Source: an uncultured Candidatus Thioglobus sp.
GTDB lineage: Bacteria > Pseudomonadota > Gammaproteobacteria > PS1 > Pseudothioglobaceae
Direction: 5' to 3'
NCBI GenBank assembly: GCA_964577715.1
Contig: CAZOAA010000001.1
Span: 13,396 to 77,395 of the forward strand
Length of the DNA stretch: 64,000 nt
Shown here: positions 55,652 to 64,000 of the stretch, in pieces
Position numbering within the stretch: the first letter of the stretch is position 1
Layout: every line of letters starts with the position of its first letter
Translations under genes and position numbers: made by a program
The notes under the pieces: generated by a model
Databases searched by the model: none
The model's input: only the letters and a program-made list of their open reading frames with translations
What the model was told of the DNA's origin: nothing

Positions 55652-56306
55652 AACGGATAAAAGATTAAAAATTTTAGCAATAGGTGCACATGGAGATGAT
55701 ATTGAATTAGCCTGCGGTGGAACGCTTGCAAAAGCCACAGAAAATAACCACGAAGTTGAAATGGTATTGGTGACTGGTAATGGCTCAAGTGATCATAATG
55801 ATGTAACAATTAGAGCAGATGATGTAGCTGAACAAGAGGCAAAAACTGCAGCCGAAGTTTTAGGTGTTTCAAACTTGCATATTCTTGGTTATCAAGATAC
55901 CTGTGTGCCATACTCGGTTGATTTGGTTGCTGAGCTGGATGGGATTATTAGTAGATTTGAACCGGACATTATCTTCACTCATTTTGTATTTGATACACAT
56001 CAAGATCATATTCGCACTGCACACTCTACTATTTCAGCAGCTAGACGTCAAAACACAATTTTTTTATATGAACCTATCAACCCATCGGGGCAAGGGTATG
56101 TGCCGTTTAGGCCACAAACATATGTAGACATTACCAAAACCATAGATAAAAAAGTCGAGTCGTTAAAGGCGCACAAATCCCAATACGAAAAATATACAGA
56201 TAAATGGATAGATGCTGTTGTTGCTAGGGCGCAATTTAGAGGGTTCGAGATGGGAGTTAATTATGCTGAGTGTTTCGAGGTGGTGCGCTCTGAGCTAAGG
56301 TTGTAG
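55644..56306 (+). CDS. PIG-L/LmbE-family N-deacetylase
   Basis: ILAIGAHGDDIELACGGTLAK and THQDH metal-binding motifs. Confidence 0.82.
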   Translation: MFKTDKRLKILAIGAHGDDIELACGGTLAKATENNHEVEMVLVTGNGSSDHNDVTIRADDVAEQEAKTAAEVLGVSNLHILGYQDTCVPYSVDLVAELDGIISRFEPDIIFTHFVFDTHQDHIRTAHSTISAARRQNTIFLYEPINPSGQGYVPFRPQTYVDITKTIDKKVESLKAHKSQYEKYTDKWIDAVVARAQFRGFEMGVNYAECFEVVRSELRL

Positions 56307-56312
56307 AAAAGC

Positions 56313-57029
56313 ATGTCTGAGTGGAGAAAACAAGCCATAACGCTATTTAACGAGTTGGTGTCAGAGCACCAGATTAAATCAGTTTTTGAGGTTGGTTGTG
56401 ATGATGCGGGAATATCGAGGCAATTGGCAAAAAGGTATCCTAATATTTATTTTGATGGTATTGACTATAGAGAAGATAAAATCAACGAAGCCAATCAGTT
56501 ACGCAAACAAGATAATTTGACCAACACCCATTTCTCCTTTGATTATTTTTTAGATATCAAAAATATTGACAAGCAATATGACGTGGTAATTTTTACTGAG
56601 GTTTATGAGCATTTGGTTGCCGAAAATCAAATATACGCACTTAGACTGTTAGGTAATTTATTATCTGACAATGGGTTGATTATTTTTACTTGTCCAAATG
56701 GAGACTATTTATTGTCGTATTTAGAAAAGGGAAAGGACTTTAATAGTAGATATGACCAAGGTTTTTTTGATAACATGCACCAAACAGAGCACTGGTTGGA
56801 ACCAACACATAAGGAGCTAAAAAAAATATTTATATCATTAGGTTTTGATATTGTAAAGTCTGGGTATTTTAATTTGCCCAAAAGACGTTTTCTATTAATA
56901 GAAAAAGTTGAATTAATATTCAATAAAATCCCGTTTTTTAGAGATTGGCTATTTAAAAGCCAGTATCTACTGGCGCGAAAAAATCCCAATAGCCCTCTGT
57001 TAAAGCGACTAAATCTTTATGCAAATTGA
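56313..57029 (+). CDS. Class I SAM-dependent methyltransferase
   Basis: VFEVGCDDAG, DVVIFTEVYEHL, LSDNGLIIFTCP. Confidence 0.75.
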   Translation: MSEWRKQAITLFNELVSEHQIKSVFEVGCDDAGISRQLAKRYPNIYFDGIDYREDKINEANQLRKQDNLTNTHFSFDYFLDIKNIDKQYDVVIFTEVYEHLVAENQIYALRLLGNLLSDNGLIIFTCPNGDYLLSYLEKGKDFNSRYDQGFFDNMHQTEHWLEPTHKELKKIFISLGFDIVKSGYFNLPKRRFLLIEKVELIFNKIPFFRDWLFKSQYLLARKNPNSPLLKRLNLYAN

Positions 57030-58093
57030 GAGGTTTATTGCACATGATCTATAATAGGCCTTTAAAAGATTATTATGTCGATTACGACAGTAAGAATATC
57101 GGTAGCTACGTTCCATTTTTACTTGGCCGGAACGCGATAAATTATGTGATCGAGTCGTTATCAGTCAAATCAATTTTGTTGCCTGCCTTTATATGCCCTA
57201 TGGTTGTTGATATTTTTAAGCATCATAAGATTGAGGTTTTTTTTTATGATGCGCTGGATAAAAAATTATCTATTCCAATTGATGCGATAGTAAATGAACT
57301 GAGCAAAATAAAAAGCAATAATCAATTATTTTTTCTATGGCATGATTATCTTGGCGTTGTTGGCGATATGCCAATTGAAATATACGATTATTTATCAACA
57401 AATAATATAAAAGTGATTATTGATGCCACACATTCCTTGCCCAATGAAAAATATAAGTCTGAAGTTGTGATTTATGGCTATAGAAAATTATTGAATGAAC
57501 CTTTTGGCGCGCTTTTAAAGATGGAATCCGACCCTGGCATTATTGCAAAAAATAACAAGCCTTGGTTAAAATTATGGATCATTTTTTTAGTGTATAAATT
57601 AAAGTCAAATTTGTTATATACATTTGGTTTCTTTAGTAATATCACTATTGTCAGTAAAATACTAAAAAGGCTTTCTGTAATTGACAAAACTTTAAGCTTT
57701 GATAGCAACAATCTTTTTTTAATAGATAGTTTTAAGCATAATAAAATTCTTGCTAAATATAAGAGGCTGGATTATCGAAAGATTTGTTCGCAAAGACAAA
57801 AAAATTTTCTCAGATATGCTGAAAAACTGTCCATGCCAATCGGTTTAGACAAAAATCACATATCATGTCCATATGGGTTTCCATTTTTTACTAAAAACAG
57901 TAGAGCTTTAAGAAAAAAATTGTGGGATGGTAATATCCATTCATTTATTTTGTGGAAAGACCTTCACAATGATATTCCTAGCAAAAATAAAGAGTGCGCA
58001 CATTTTTTATCAAATTCCATTATTGTGTTGCCAGTCAACCATGATTTGTCAAGTAAAGATATTGACAAAGTTATAGAGGTGGTTAGTGGCTGA
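57026..58093 (+). CDS. Divergent DegT-like PLP-fold protein (aminotransferase-like)
   Basis: GRNAINYVIESLSVKSILLPAFICPMVV, IIDATHSL, YGYRKLL (possible PLP-Lys). Confidence 0.4.
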   Translation: MRGLLHMIYNRPLKDYYVDYDSKNIGSYVPFLLGRNAINYVIESLSVKSILLPAFICPMVVDIFKHHKIEVFFYDALDKKLSIPIDAIVNELSKIKSNNQLFFLWHDYLGVVGDMPIEIYDYLSTNNIKVIIDATHSLPNEKYKSEVVIYGYRKLLNEPFGALLKMESDPGIIAKNNKPWLKLWIIFLVYKLKSNLLYTFGFFSNITIVSKILKRLSVIDKTLSFDSNNLFLIDSFKHNKILAKYKRLDYRKICSQRQKNFLRYAEKLSMPIGLDKNHISCPYGFPFFTKNSRALRKKLWDGNIHSFILWKDLHNDIPSKNKECAHFLSNSIIVLPVNHDLSSKDIDKVIEVVSG

Positions 58094-59240
58094 TTACAAT
58101 ATTTGTTTGGTTAGTCGATCAATCTACCCCTATCCAATTGAAAAGCACACTCAAAATATGCAAACATTTGAGGGTTGGTTGCGTTTTTTTAACAATGTTG
58201 TCGTTGTTTCTCAGTGTAGATCTAAAACAATTAAAAAAAGTCAGTATAAAAATATTTTTGGCACCTTGCTGCCACTTATCAAGAATAGGTATATCAACGT
58301 TGTGTATTTTAATATTTATGGCTTAATTCAAGCATTAAGACTTGATAAAATTTATCGATTCGATATTTTTCAAGCAAGCGACGCAGGTGGGGCTTTTTTA
58401 GCATATCTAGCAAGCCGTGCAACTGGAGCTAAGTTTGTTTTTGAGGTGCAGGGCGATATTTTTGGTTATCCAAACCATGTAGGCGGAAGAATACATTCTT
58501 CTTTGGTTAAATTTTTCAGCAAATTGATTGTTAAAAAAGCAGATTATGTCCGGATTGTATCCCCCTTTTTGTATGATTATTTAGATAAATATAACATCAG
58601 CAGATCAAAAGTATTTCTTGTTCCCCCGAGGTGTGATAGTTTGTTGTTTAATCCAAACAATGCGGGCGATATGCCAGATGCCCTAAGAAATAATCAATTT
58701 AATATTTTATTTGTGGGAAATCTGCTTATCGCCAAAGGTGTTGATATTTTATTAGAGGCATTTGCATTAATTGTTGCTGAAAATGCTAATGTCGGTTTGG
58801 TATATATTGGCGATGGCGAGGAATTGGATCAACTTAGGTCAAGAGCCAAAGAGTTGCATGTAAGTGAAAAAGTTTTTTTTGAAGGTAGGGTAGATTACAA
58901 ACGCATTGTGGATTATATGCACTACGCCAATATTTTGGTTTTACCCTCAATAGAAGAGGGTGTTGGGCGAGTTCTACTTGAAGCGATGTCAATGAAACTG
59001 CCTATAGTTGCCAGCAATGTTGGCGGAATACCATTGGTTGTTGATGATAATATAAGTGGGTTATTATTTGAAGTTGGTGACATAAGATCTTTAAAGAAAA
59101 AAGTTCTTATGCTGATTAACAATCAAGATTTTTCCAAACATTTGGTCAAAAATGCCAATATTAAATTTATGAAAAATTATGATTACGAAGTTTCAATGGA
59201 TAAGTTTATTAAGATGTATCAATCAATATTGGAGTCATAA
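58086..59240 (+). CDS. GT4-family glycosyltransferase
   Basis: VLPSIEEGVGRVLLEAMSMKLPIVASNVGGIPLVV. Confidence 0.85.
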   Translation: MADYNICLVSRSIYPYPIEKHTQNMQTFEGWLRFFNNVVVVSQCRSKTIKKSQYKNIFGTLLPLIKNRYINVVYFNIYGLIQALRLDKIYRFDIFQASDAGGAFLAYLASRATGAKFVFEVQGDIFGYPNHVGGRIHSSLVKFFSKLIVKKADYVRIVSPFLYDYLDKYNISRSKVFLVPPRCDSLLFNPNNAGDMPDALRNNQFNILFVGNLLIAKGVDILLEAFALIVAENANVGLVYIGDGEELDQLRSRAKELHVSEKVFFEGRVDYKRIVDYMHYANILVLPSIEEGVGRVLLEAMSMKLPIVASNVGGIPLVVDDNISGLLFEVGDIRSLKKKVLMLINNQDFSKHLVKNANIKFMKNYDYEVSMDKFIKMYQSILES

Positions 59241-59242
59241 TT

Positions 59243-60292
59243 TTGGCCAAGATACTAAGGTTATATACACGTCTGCCACCACTGCCAGGAGGTATGGAAA
59301 AACATATCTCGCAGCTAAGCCAGGAGCAAAGAAAATTAGGACATGGTGTTAGTATTTTTTTTAACCATGGGGAGAAGGTAAGTGATGCCGATGTTAGGGT
59401 GAGCAATATCCCTTTATGGCGTATAAAGCCTCAATCTATAGCAATTTTGTTGTTTCATATTTTTGTTATTTTTAAGTTGATTTTAAGGCGTGAACAATTT
59501 GATATTGTCCACATTCATGGAGATTGGAGCGGGTTGATTTTGGCGTCGTTAATAAAATCATTTGCCCAAGCAAAAAAGATTTTTCTTTCAGTGCACGATG
59601 AGATTATTGATCGAAAACTAACCAACCTTTTTTTTAAAATATTGCTGAATCGTGTAGATATAGTTTTTGCCACGGGAGCAAAGGCTTGTGGACAGTTGCA
59701 AGAGCTAACAGATAAGAAAGTGGTATTGCAACCAAGTGGTATTAATAATATCTACATTACAGAATGCGAAAAATTAACAAAATCAGGCAAACAGATTCTC
59801 ACAGTTGCAAACTTAGTTGAGAGTAAAAATTTAGATCTGGTGTTAGATGTTGCCAAAAAACTACCCAATATAAATTTTTTGATAGCAGGTGATGGCCCTG
59901 AGCGAGATAGACTTATAAATAGAATTCATAATGAGAAAATTGATAACATTAAAATTTTAGGGTATAAAAAAGATTTTGAATTATGGCAGTTGTATTGTGG
60001 TAGTGATATTTTCTTACTGACATCCACTAGAGAAGGGACACCTACTGTTATTCTAGAGGCGATGGCATGTGGCTTGCCAATTGTTAGCACTGATGCAGGA
60101 GGTATTGATAATATAGTTGGTGAGAATAATTGTGTAACTTCGTCTAGAAATAAAGATCAATTAATTGAGTGTATTAATAAAATAATTGCAGATTCTAAGC
60201 TGAGAGCTAAAATTACAAGAGAAAATAAAATATTCGGCAGGGGGTGCAGTTGGCCTACAGTTGTAAAAAATATCAATCATTTTTTTACATAA
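59243..60292 (+). CDS. GT4-family glycosyltransferase (TTG start)
   Basis: LLTSTREGTPTVILEAMACGLPIVSTDAGGIDNIV. Confidence 0.85.
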   Translation: MAKILRLYTRLPPLPGGMEKHISQLSQEQRKLGHGVSIFFNHGEKVSDADVRVSNIPLWRIKPQSIAILLFHIFVIFKLILRREQFDIVHIHGDWSGLILASLIKSFAQAKKIFLSVHDEIIDRKLTNLFFKILLNRVDIVFATGAKACGQLQELTDKKVVLQPSGINNIYITECEKLTKSGKQILTVANLVESKNLDLVLDVAKKLPNINFLIAGDGPERDRLINRIHNEKIDNIKILGYKKDFELWQLYCGSDIFLLTSTREGTPTVILEAMACGLPIVSTDAGGIDNIVGENNCVTSSRNKDQLIECINKIIADSKLRAKITRENKIFGRGCSWPTVVKNINHFFT

Positions 60293-60295
60293 ATT

Positions 60296-61360
60296 GTGAA
60301 CAGGGTTTTTGATTTGAAAAAGATATTAATTTTATTTTCAAGTTCGGATATTGGCGGCGCTGAGCGCTCGTTAAGTAGAATGGCGTTAGCAAATTCCGAC
60401 TCAAAAATTCAATACCAGTTATCCACATATGGGAATGTTGGCACTTGGTCTGAATGGATATTAGATCTAGGTCATAAACCCATATGTTTTAATTTTAAAC
60501 TTAGTGAGTTAATTAAATACATTCTATCTGAAAAGCCGGATATTGTTTATGTTTGTGGATTTAGAATTTCTTTATTTTTAAGGTTTATTTTGCTATTAAT
60601 TAAGGATGTTGATCTTGTTCAAGGGGTTCGTTGGAATCCTAATTCTGATACTAAATTAGACAGAGTATTTAGATTTTTTGAGCGTTACACACAACACTTT
60701 GTGAAAGGTTATATTGCCAATTCTAAATCTGCCAGTGATACATTGAGAAAATTTGTTAAAAATGATGAAAAAGTAATGCTTATATATAATGGTATTGAGC
60801 CAAAGAAGCTGATACCTCAGGCGAATGGGAATAGAGTAACCACCATTGCCAATCTTAGTGTTAGGAAAGGCTATAAGGAGTATCTTAAAGTTATAAAGAT
60901 CGTGGTGAAAAAAATCCCAAATGCGCAGTTTTTTTTTATAGGCAAGGATAGACTCAATGGAGAAATTCAACAGTTAATTAAAGAATATGAATTATCAAGT
61001 AATATTGAATATGTGGGTTTTCAAGAAAACGTGAATAGTTATCTTGCTGAAAGTTTGATTTTTGTTTTGCCGTCACTCTATGGAGAGGGGTGCCCTACAA
61101 GTATTTTAGAGGCTTTTATGCATCAAATACCGGTCGTTGCGTATAAGATTGACGGGATACCAGAATTGGTAACTGATGGTATTGATGGATATTTATCTGA
61201 TGTTGAGGATGTAGAAAGTATGGCTGGGCATATTTTTGCCTTGTTATCAAATACCAATCAGGCAAAAAATATGGGAGAGAGTGGTCGGCAAAAAGTCATT
61301 CATCATTTTTCATTAGAAAAAATGACCAAATTACACAATAAATATTTTTTAGGAGCTTAA
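60296..61360 (+). CDS. GT4-family glycosyltransferase (GTG start)
   Basis: N-terminal SSSDIGGAERS. VLPSLYGEGCPTSILEAFMHQIPVVAYKIDGIPELV. Confidence 0.85.
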   Translation: MNRVFDLKKILILFSSSDIGGAERSLSRMALANSDSKIQYQLSTYGNVGTWSEWILDLGHKPICFNFKLSELIKYILSEKPDIVYVCGFRISLFLRFILLLIKDVDLVQGVRWNPNSDTKLDRVFRFFERYTQHFVKGYIANSKSASDTLRKFVKNDEKVMLIYNGIEPKKLIPQANGNRVTTIANLSVRKGYKEYLKVIKIVVKKIPNAQFFFIGKDRLNGEIQQLIKEYELSSNIEYVGFQENVNSYLAESLIFVLPSLYGEGCPTSILEAFMHQIPVVAYKIDGIPELVTDGIDGYLSDVEDVESMAGHIFALLSNTNQAKNMGESGRQKVIHHFSLEKMTKLHNKYFLGA

Positions 61361-61361
61361 C

Positions 61362-64000
61362 GTGTGCGGTGTTGCTGGTCTGATTAACTTCAAAAATGAT
61401 TATATTGAAACCATAAAAAAAAGCCTTTATCACCGAGGGCCAGACGCACAAACACATTATCAATATAAAAATCTTAGTTTAATACACACACGTTTATCTA
61501 TACAAGATGTTAAGCATGGCGACCAGCCTTTTATTATTGGCAACCATGTGATTGTATTTAATGGCGAGATATACAACCATCTATCACTTAGAAGAAAGGT
61601 AAAAAGACACCAATTTAAAACCCAATCGGATACTGAAACCCTTTTGGCTTTATATATTGAATATGGATCTAAGGCTCTGGAGATGTGTGATGGTATGTTT
61701 GCATTTGTTATTTTTAATAAAGAAAATAACTCTATAACCCTTGGTAGAGATCGAATTGGTAAAAAACCACTTTATATACACAAAAATAAAAATAAAATTT
61801 TTATCGCCAGTGAGCTTAATGTTTTTCTTCAGGTATTGCCAGATTTATCTATTAATGAACAGGCAATAGAGTCTTATCTGCGATGTGGTTTTTTCTATTC
61901 TGGAATCACACCTTATAAAAATACACAGGAGATATTACCAGGCCATGTTTATCAAATTGATATTCACTCAATGGTAATTAAAAAACAATGTTATTTTGAT
62001 ATAGCTAAACAATACAACACCAAAATATCGATTAATCATAATGAGGCTGTTGAAGAGTTAGATAGTCTTTTACGAAAAAGTATTATAAATCGACTAATTT
62101 CTTCCGATCTTAAAGTTGGTGCTTTTCTTAGTGGCGGTGTCGACAGCTCGTTAATTACTGCAATAGCAAGTGAATACACAGATAACTTGAAAACATTTAC
62201 GGTTAAATTTGATAAGGGTATTGATGAGTCTTATCTTGCTAGAAAAACCGCACAACTTCTTTCAACACAACACCATGAACTTGGTATCGCAATGGATTTA
62301 AAAAATGATGTGGAAAATATACTTACTTCCTATGGCGAGCCATTTATGGATAGTAGTGCAATCCCTAGTTATTATGTAAGTCGTGAGGCAAAAAAACACC
62401 TGACAGTTGTGCTTAATGGCGATGGCGCAGATGAGTTATTTGCTGGATATAGACGCTATGTTCCAAGTTATAACAATTGGCACAGTTACGCAAAAAAAAT
62501 TCATTTAGTCAGAAAAATTCTCCCCATTCCTAAAGATAAACAAACTTACTATAATTATTTTTATAGATTGTTGATGATGTCAAATAAGGAAGGGTTGGAT
62601 TATTATCTTTCTTCAACCACAGACATATTCGAAGATTTTTACAGATTCAATACCAATAATACAGTTCTGCTAGAAATAGAGTCGCTGATAAAGCGTATTA
62701 ACAATCAAAATATTTCTAATTTATCCAAATCATTGATTATGGATTCCAAACTTATTTTGCCAAGTGATTTGTTAAAAAAAATGGATATTGCGACTATGGC
62801 AAACTCGGTTGAGGCAAGGAGCCCTTTTCTGAGTAAATATTTACTAGAATGGGTGCCGAAATTACCTGATCGTGAAAAGATCAGTGGTATAAATACAAAA
62901 TATATTTTAAGGGAATTGCTTAAGAAATATTCTCTTAACTATCTTGCTTTAGAGCCTAAAAAAGGTTTTGAGGTGCCTCTAAATTTTTGGGTCAACAATG
63001 ATTTGAAAGAAAATATTTATGACAGAGTGGGGAACAATTCTTATGCTACTCAATTTATAGATACTGCATTTGTTAACAAGCTATTAAGTAATAAGGAGTA
63101 TTTTCCACAAGAGAAACGTGCAAAGATGCTATGGAGCTTATATGCATTAGAAGTTTGGCACAGTAATTATCTACATTGTGCCAAAAATATCAAAACAGAT
63201 GTGCCGATTCTCTCATCAACTCGAGTAAACATATTATTGCTAACAACTGGTTTAGGTTTGGGCGGCGCTGAAAGAGTTGTGCTTGATATTTGTAAGAATA
63301 TTAATAAAAATAAATTCAAACCAATGGTTATTAGTATTTCAAGTCAGGATGAGATGTTAGATGATTTTATCAATTCAAAAATAGACGCAGAAGTGCTAAA
63401 CCATAAAAAAACCATAACCAACTTTATAGTTTCGATACGACATATTTATAAAAAAGTAAAAATAAATGACATAAAAATTATTCATGTGCATATGTTCCAT
63501 GCATTGTTGATCTCCAGTGTCATTAAATTTATTCGACCATCAGTAAAAATTATTTTTACACCTCATAATAGCTTTAAAGCAATGAAGATAAGGCGCTGGT
63601 TACTTTGGATGTTAAAACCATGGCGTGATTTAGATACCGTTTTTTCAAATGGTGCACTTAGTTATTTTCATAAATTAAACAACAAAATTATTCCGAACGC
63701 CATTAATATTTATGAATACAACCCTAACCCTAACCCTAACTCTCTTTTCACTTTTATTATTATTGGCCGTTTAGAAAAAATGAAAAACCATCAGTTTTTA
63801 ATTTCTGTAGTTAGTCGATTAAAGCAATATAACTTTCAGTTGCTCATTGTGGGATCTGGCATTCTTGAGAAGTCATTAAAAATACAGGTCAAGTCTTTAA
63901 ATTTAGATGACAGAATAAAATTTTTAGGTGCGAGAAGGGATGTGCCAGATTTGTTAGAAAAATCTGATTGTTTGTTGCTGCCTTCGCTTTGGGAGGCTTT
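61362..64000 (+). CDS. AsnB-type amidotransferase fused in frame to a GT4 glycosyltransferase domain (3'-partial, runs off the window)
   Basis: This ORF is not in the supplied track because it has no stop in the window. GTG at 61362 gives MCGVAGLINF (Ntn Cys). PP-loop SGGVDSS at about 62130. I translated the frame by eye to 63998 and found no stop. At about 63220 it continues as RVNILLLTTGLGLGGAERVVLDI, then IIIGRLEKMKNH ... LLLPSLWEA, i.e. GT4 N- and C-domain motifs. Confidence 0.7.
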   Translation, partial: MCGVAGLINFKNDYIETIKKSLYHRGPDAQTHYQYKNLSLIHTRLSIQDVKHGDQPFIIGNHVIVFNGEIYNHLSLRRKVKRHQFKTQSDTETLLALYIEYGSKALEMCDGMFAFVIFNKENNSITLGRDRIGKKPLYIHKNKNKIFIASELNVFLQVLPDLSINEQAIESYLRCGFFYSGITPYKNTQEILPGHVYQIDIHSMVIKKQCYFDIAKQYNTKISINHNEAVEELDSLLRKSIINRLISSDLKVGAFLSGGVDSSLITAIASEYTDNLKTFTVKFDKGIDESYLARKTAQLLSTQHHELGIAMDLKNDVENILTSYGEPFMDSSAIPSYYVSREAKKHLTVVLNGDGADELFAGYRRYVPSYNNWHSYAKKIHLVRKILPIPKDKQTYYNYFYRLLMMSNKEGLDYYLSSTTDIFEDFYRFNTNNTVLLEIESLIKRINNQNISNLSKSLIMDSKLILPSDLLKKMDIATMANSVEARSPFLSKYLLEWVPKLPDREKISGINTKYILRELLKKYSLNYLALEPKKGFEVPLNFWVNNDLKENIYDRVGNNSYATQFIDTAFVNKLLSNKEYFPQEKRAKMLWSLYALEVWHSNYLHCAKNIKTDVPILSSTRVNILLLTTGLGLGGAERVVLDICKNINKNKFKPMVISISSQDEMLDDFINSKIDAEVLNHKKTITNFIVSIRHIYKKVKINDIKIIHVHMFHALLISSVIKFIRPSVKIIFTPHNSFKAMKIRRWLLWMLKPWRDLDTVFSNGALSYFHKLNNKIIPNAINIYEYNPNPNPNSLFTFIIIGRLEKMKNHQFLISVVSRLKQYNFQLLIVGSGILEKSLKIQVKSLNLDDRIKFLGARRDVPDLLEKSDCLLLPSLWEA
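63720..63740 (+). repeat. (AACCCT)x3.5 hexanucleotide tandem repeat inside the GT4 domain
   Basis: aac cct aac cct aac cct aac encodes NPNPNPN between the two Rossmann halves of the GT4 domain. Confidence 0.9.

Noticed and set aside
63720-63740. CCCTAA repeats, considered as a telomere or contaminating eukaryotic sequence.
   Set aside because: There are only 3.5 units, fully in frame within a continuous bacterial-type GT4 coding sequence, with no surrounding repeat array.
1-64000. A search by eye for rRNA, tRNA, CRISPR arrays, large direct repeats, JUMPStart/ops-like elements (GGCGGTAG), strong rho-independent terminator hairpins, and defence, toxin-antitoxin or secretion genes.
   Set aside because: I recognised none. 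Apart from the IS and two decayed genes, every ORF longer than 150 aa has a plausible glycan-biosynthesis role. Visual scanning cannot exclude small RNAs or weak hairpins.

Overview
This AT-rich 64-kb window is essentially one uninterrupted, co-directional (+ strand) surface-glycan biosynthesis super-cluster. Most start codons lack an obvious Shine-Dalgarno sequence. About 60 CDSs are tightly packed or overlapping (many ATGA/GTGA/TGATG junctions), and the array is open at both window edges.

I recognise these parts:
- A fused ABC exporter.
- A CDP-hexose branch: RfbF, RfbG, 3,5-epimerase, C-methyltransferase, aminotransferase and N-formyltransferase.
- A ferritin-like di-iron oxygenase gene carrying an in-frame TAG.
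- An acetamidino-forming WbuZ/WbuY/WbuX triad.
- A sulfotransferase with a G9 tract.
- A NeuB-like, phosphatase-dependent CMP-ulosonic-acid module followed by three SDRs.
- A radical-SAM/SPASM enzyme with two Gfo/Idh/MocA oxidoreductases.
- A polyprenyl-phosphate/GT-C type membrane glycosylation module.
- A second CMP-sugar-acid module built around an HpcH-type aldolase and a KdsB-like cytidylyltransferase.
- Wzx-like and Wzy/ligase-like membrane proteins.
- A WbqC / FemAB-like / PIG-L / methyltransferase / DegT-like cassette.
- Two AsnB-type amidotransferases, one apparently fused to a GT4 domain and running off the window.
- 8 GT4, 4 GT2-like, 2 GT-C-like and 1 GT9-like glycosyltransferases, at least 8 SAM-methyltransferases, and four large orphan TagF/KpsC-like proteins.

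The only convincing minus-strand gene is an IS1595-family transposase. Its element has 22-bp inverted repeats and an 8-bp target duplication, and it splits a methyltransferase gene. I saw no rRNA, tRNA or CRISPR array, and no recognisable defence or toxin system.

All functional calls come from motif reading by eye. No database search was run.
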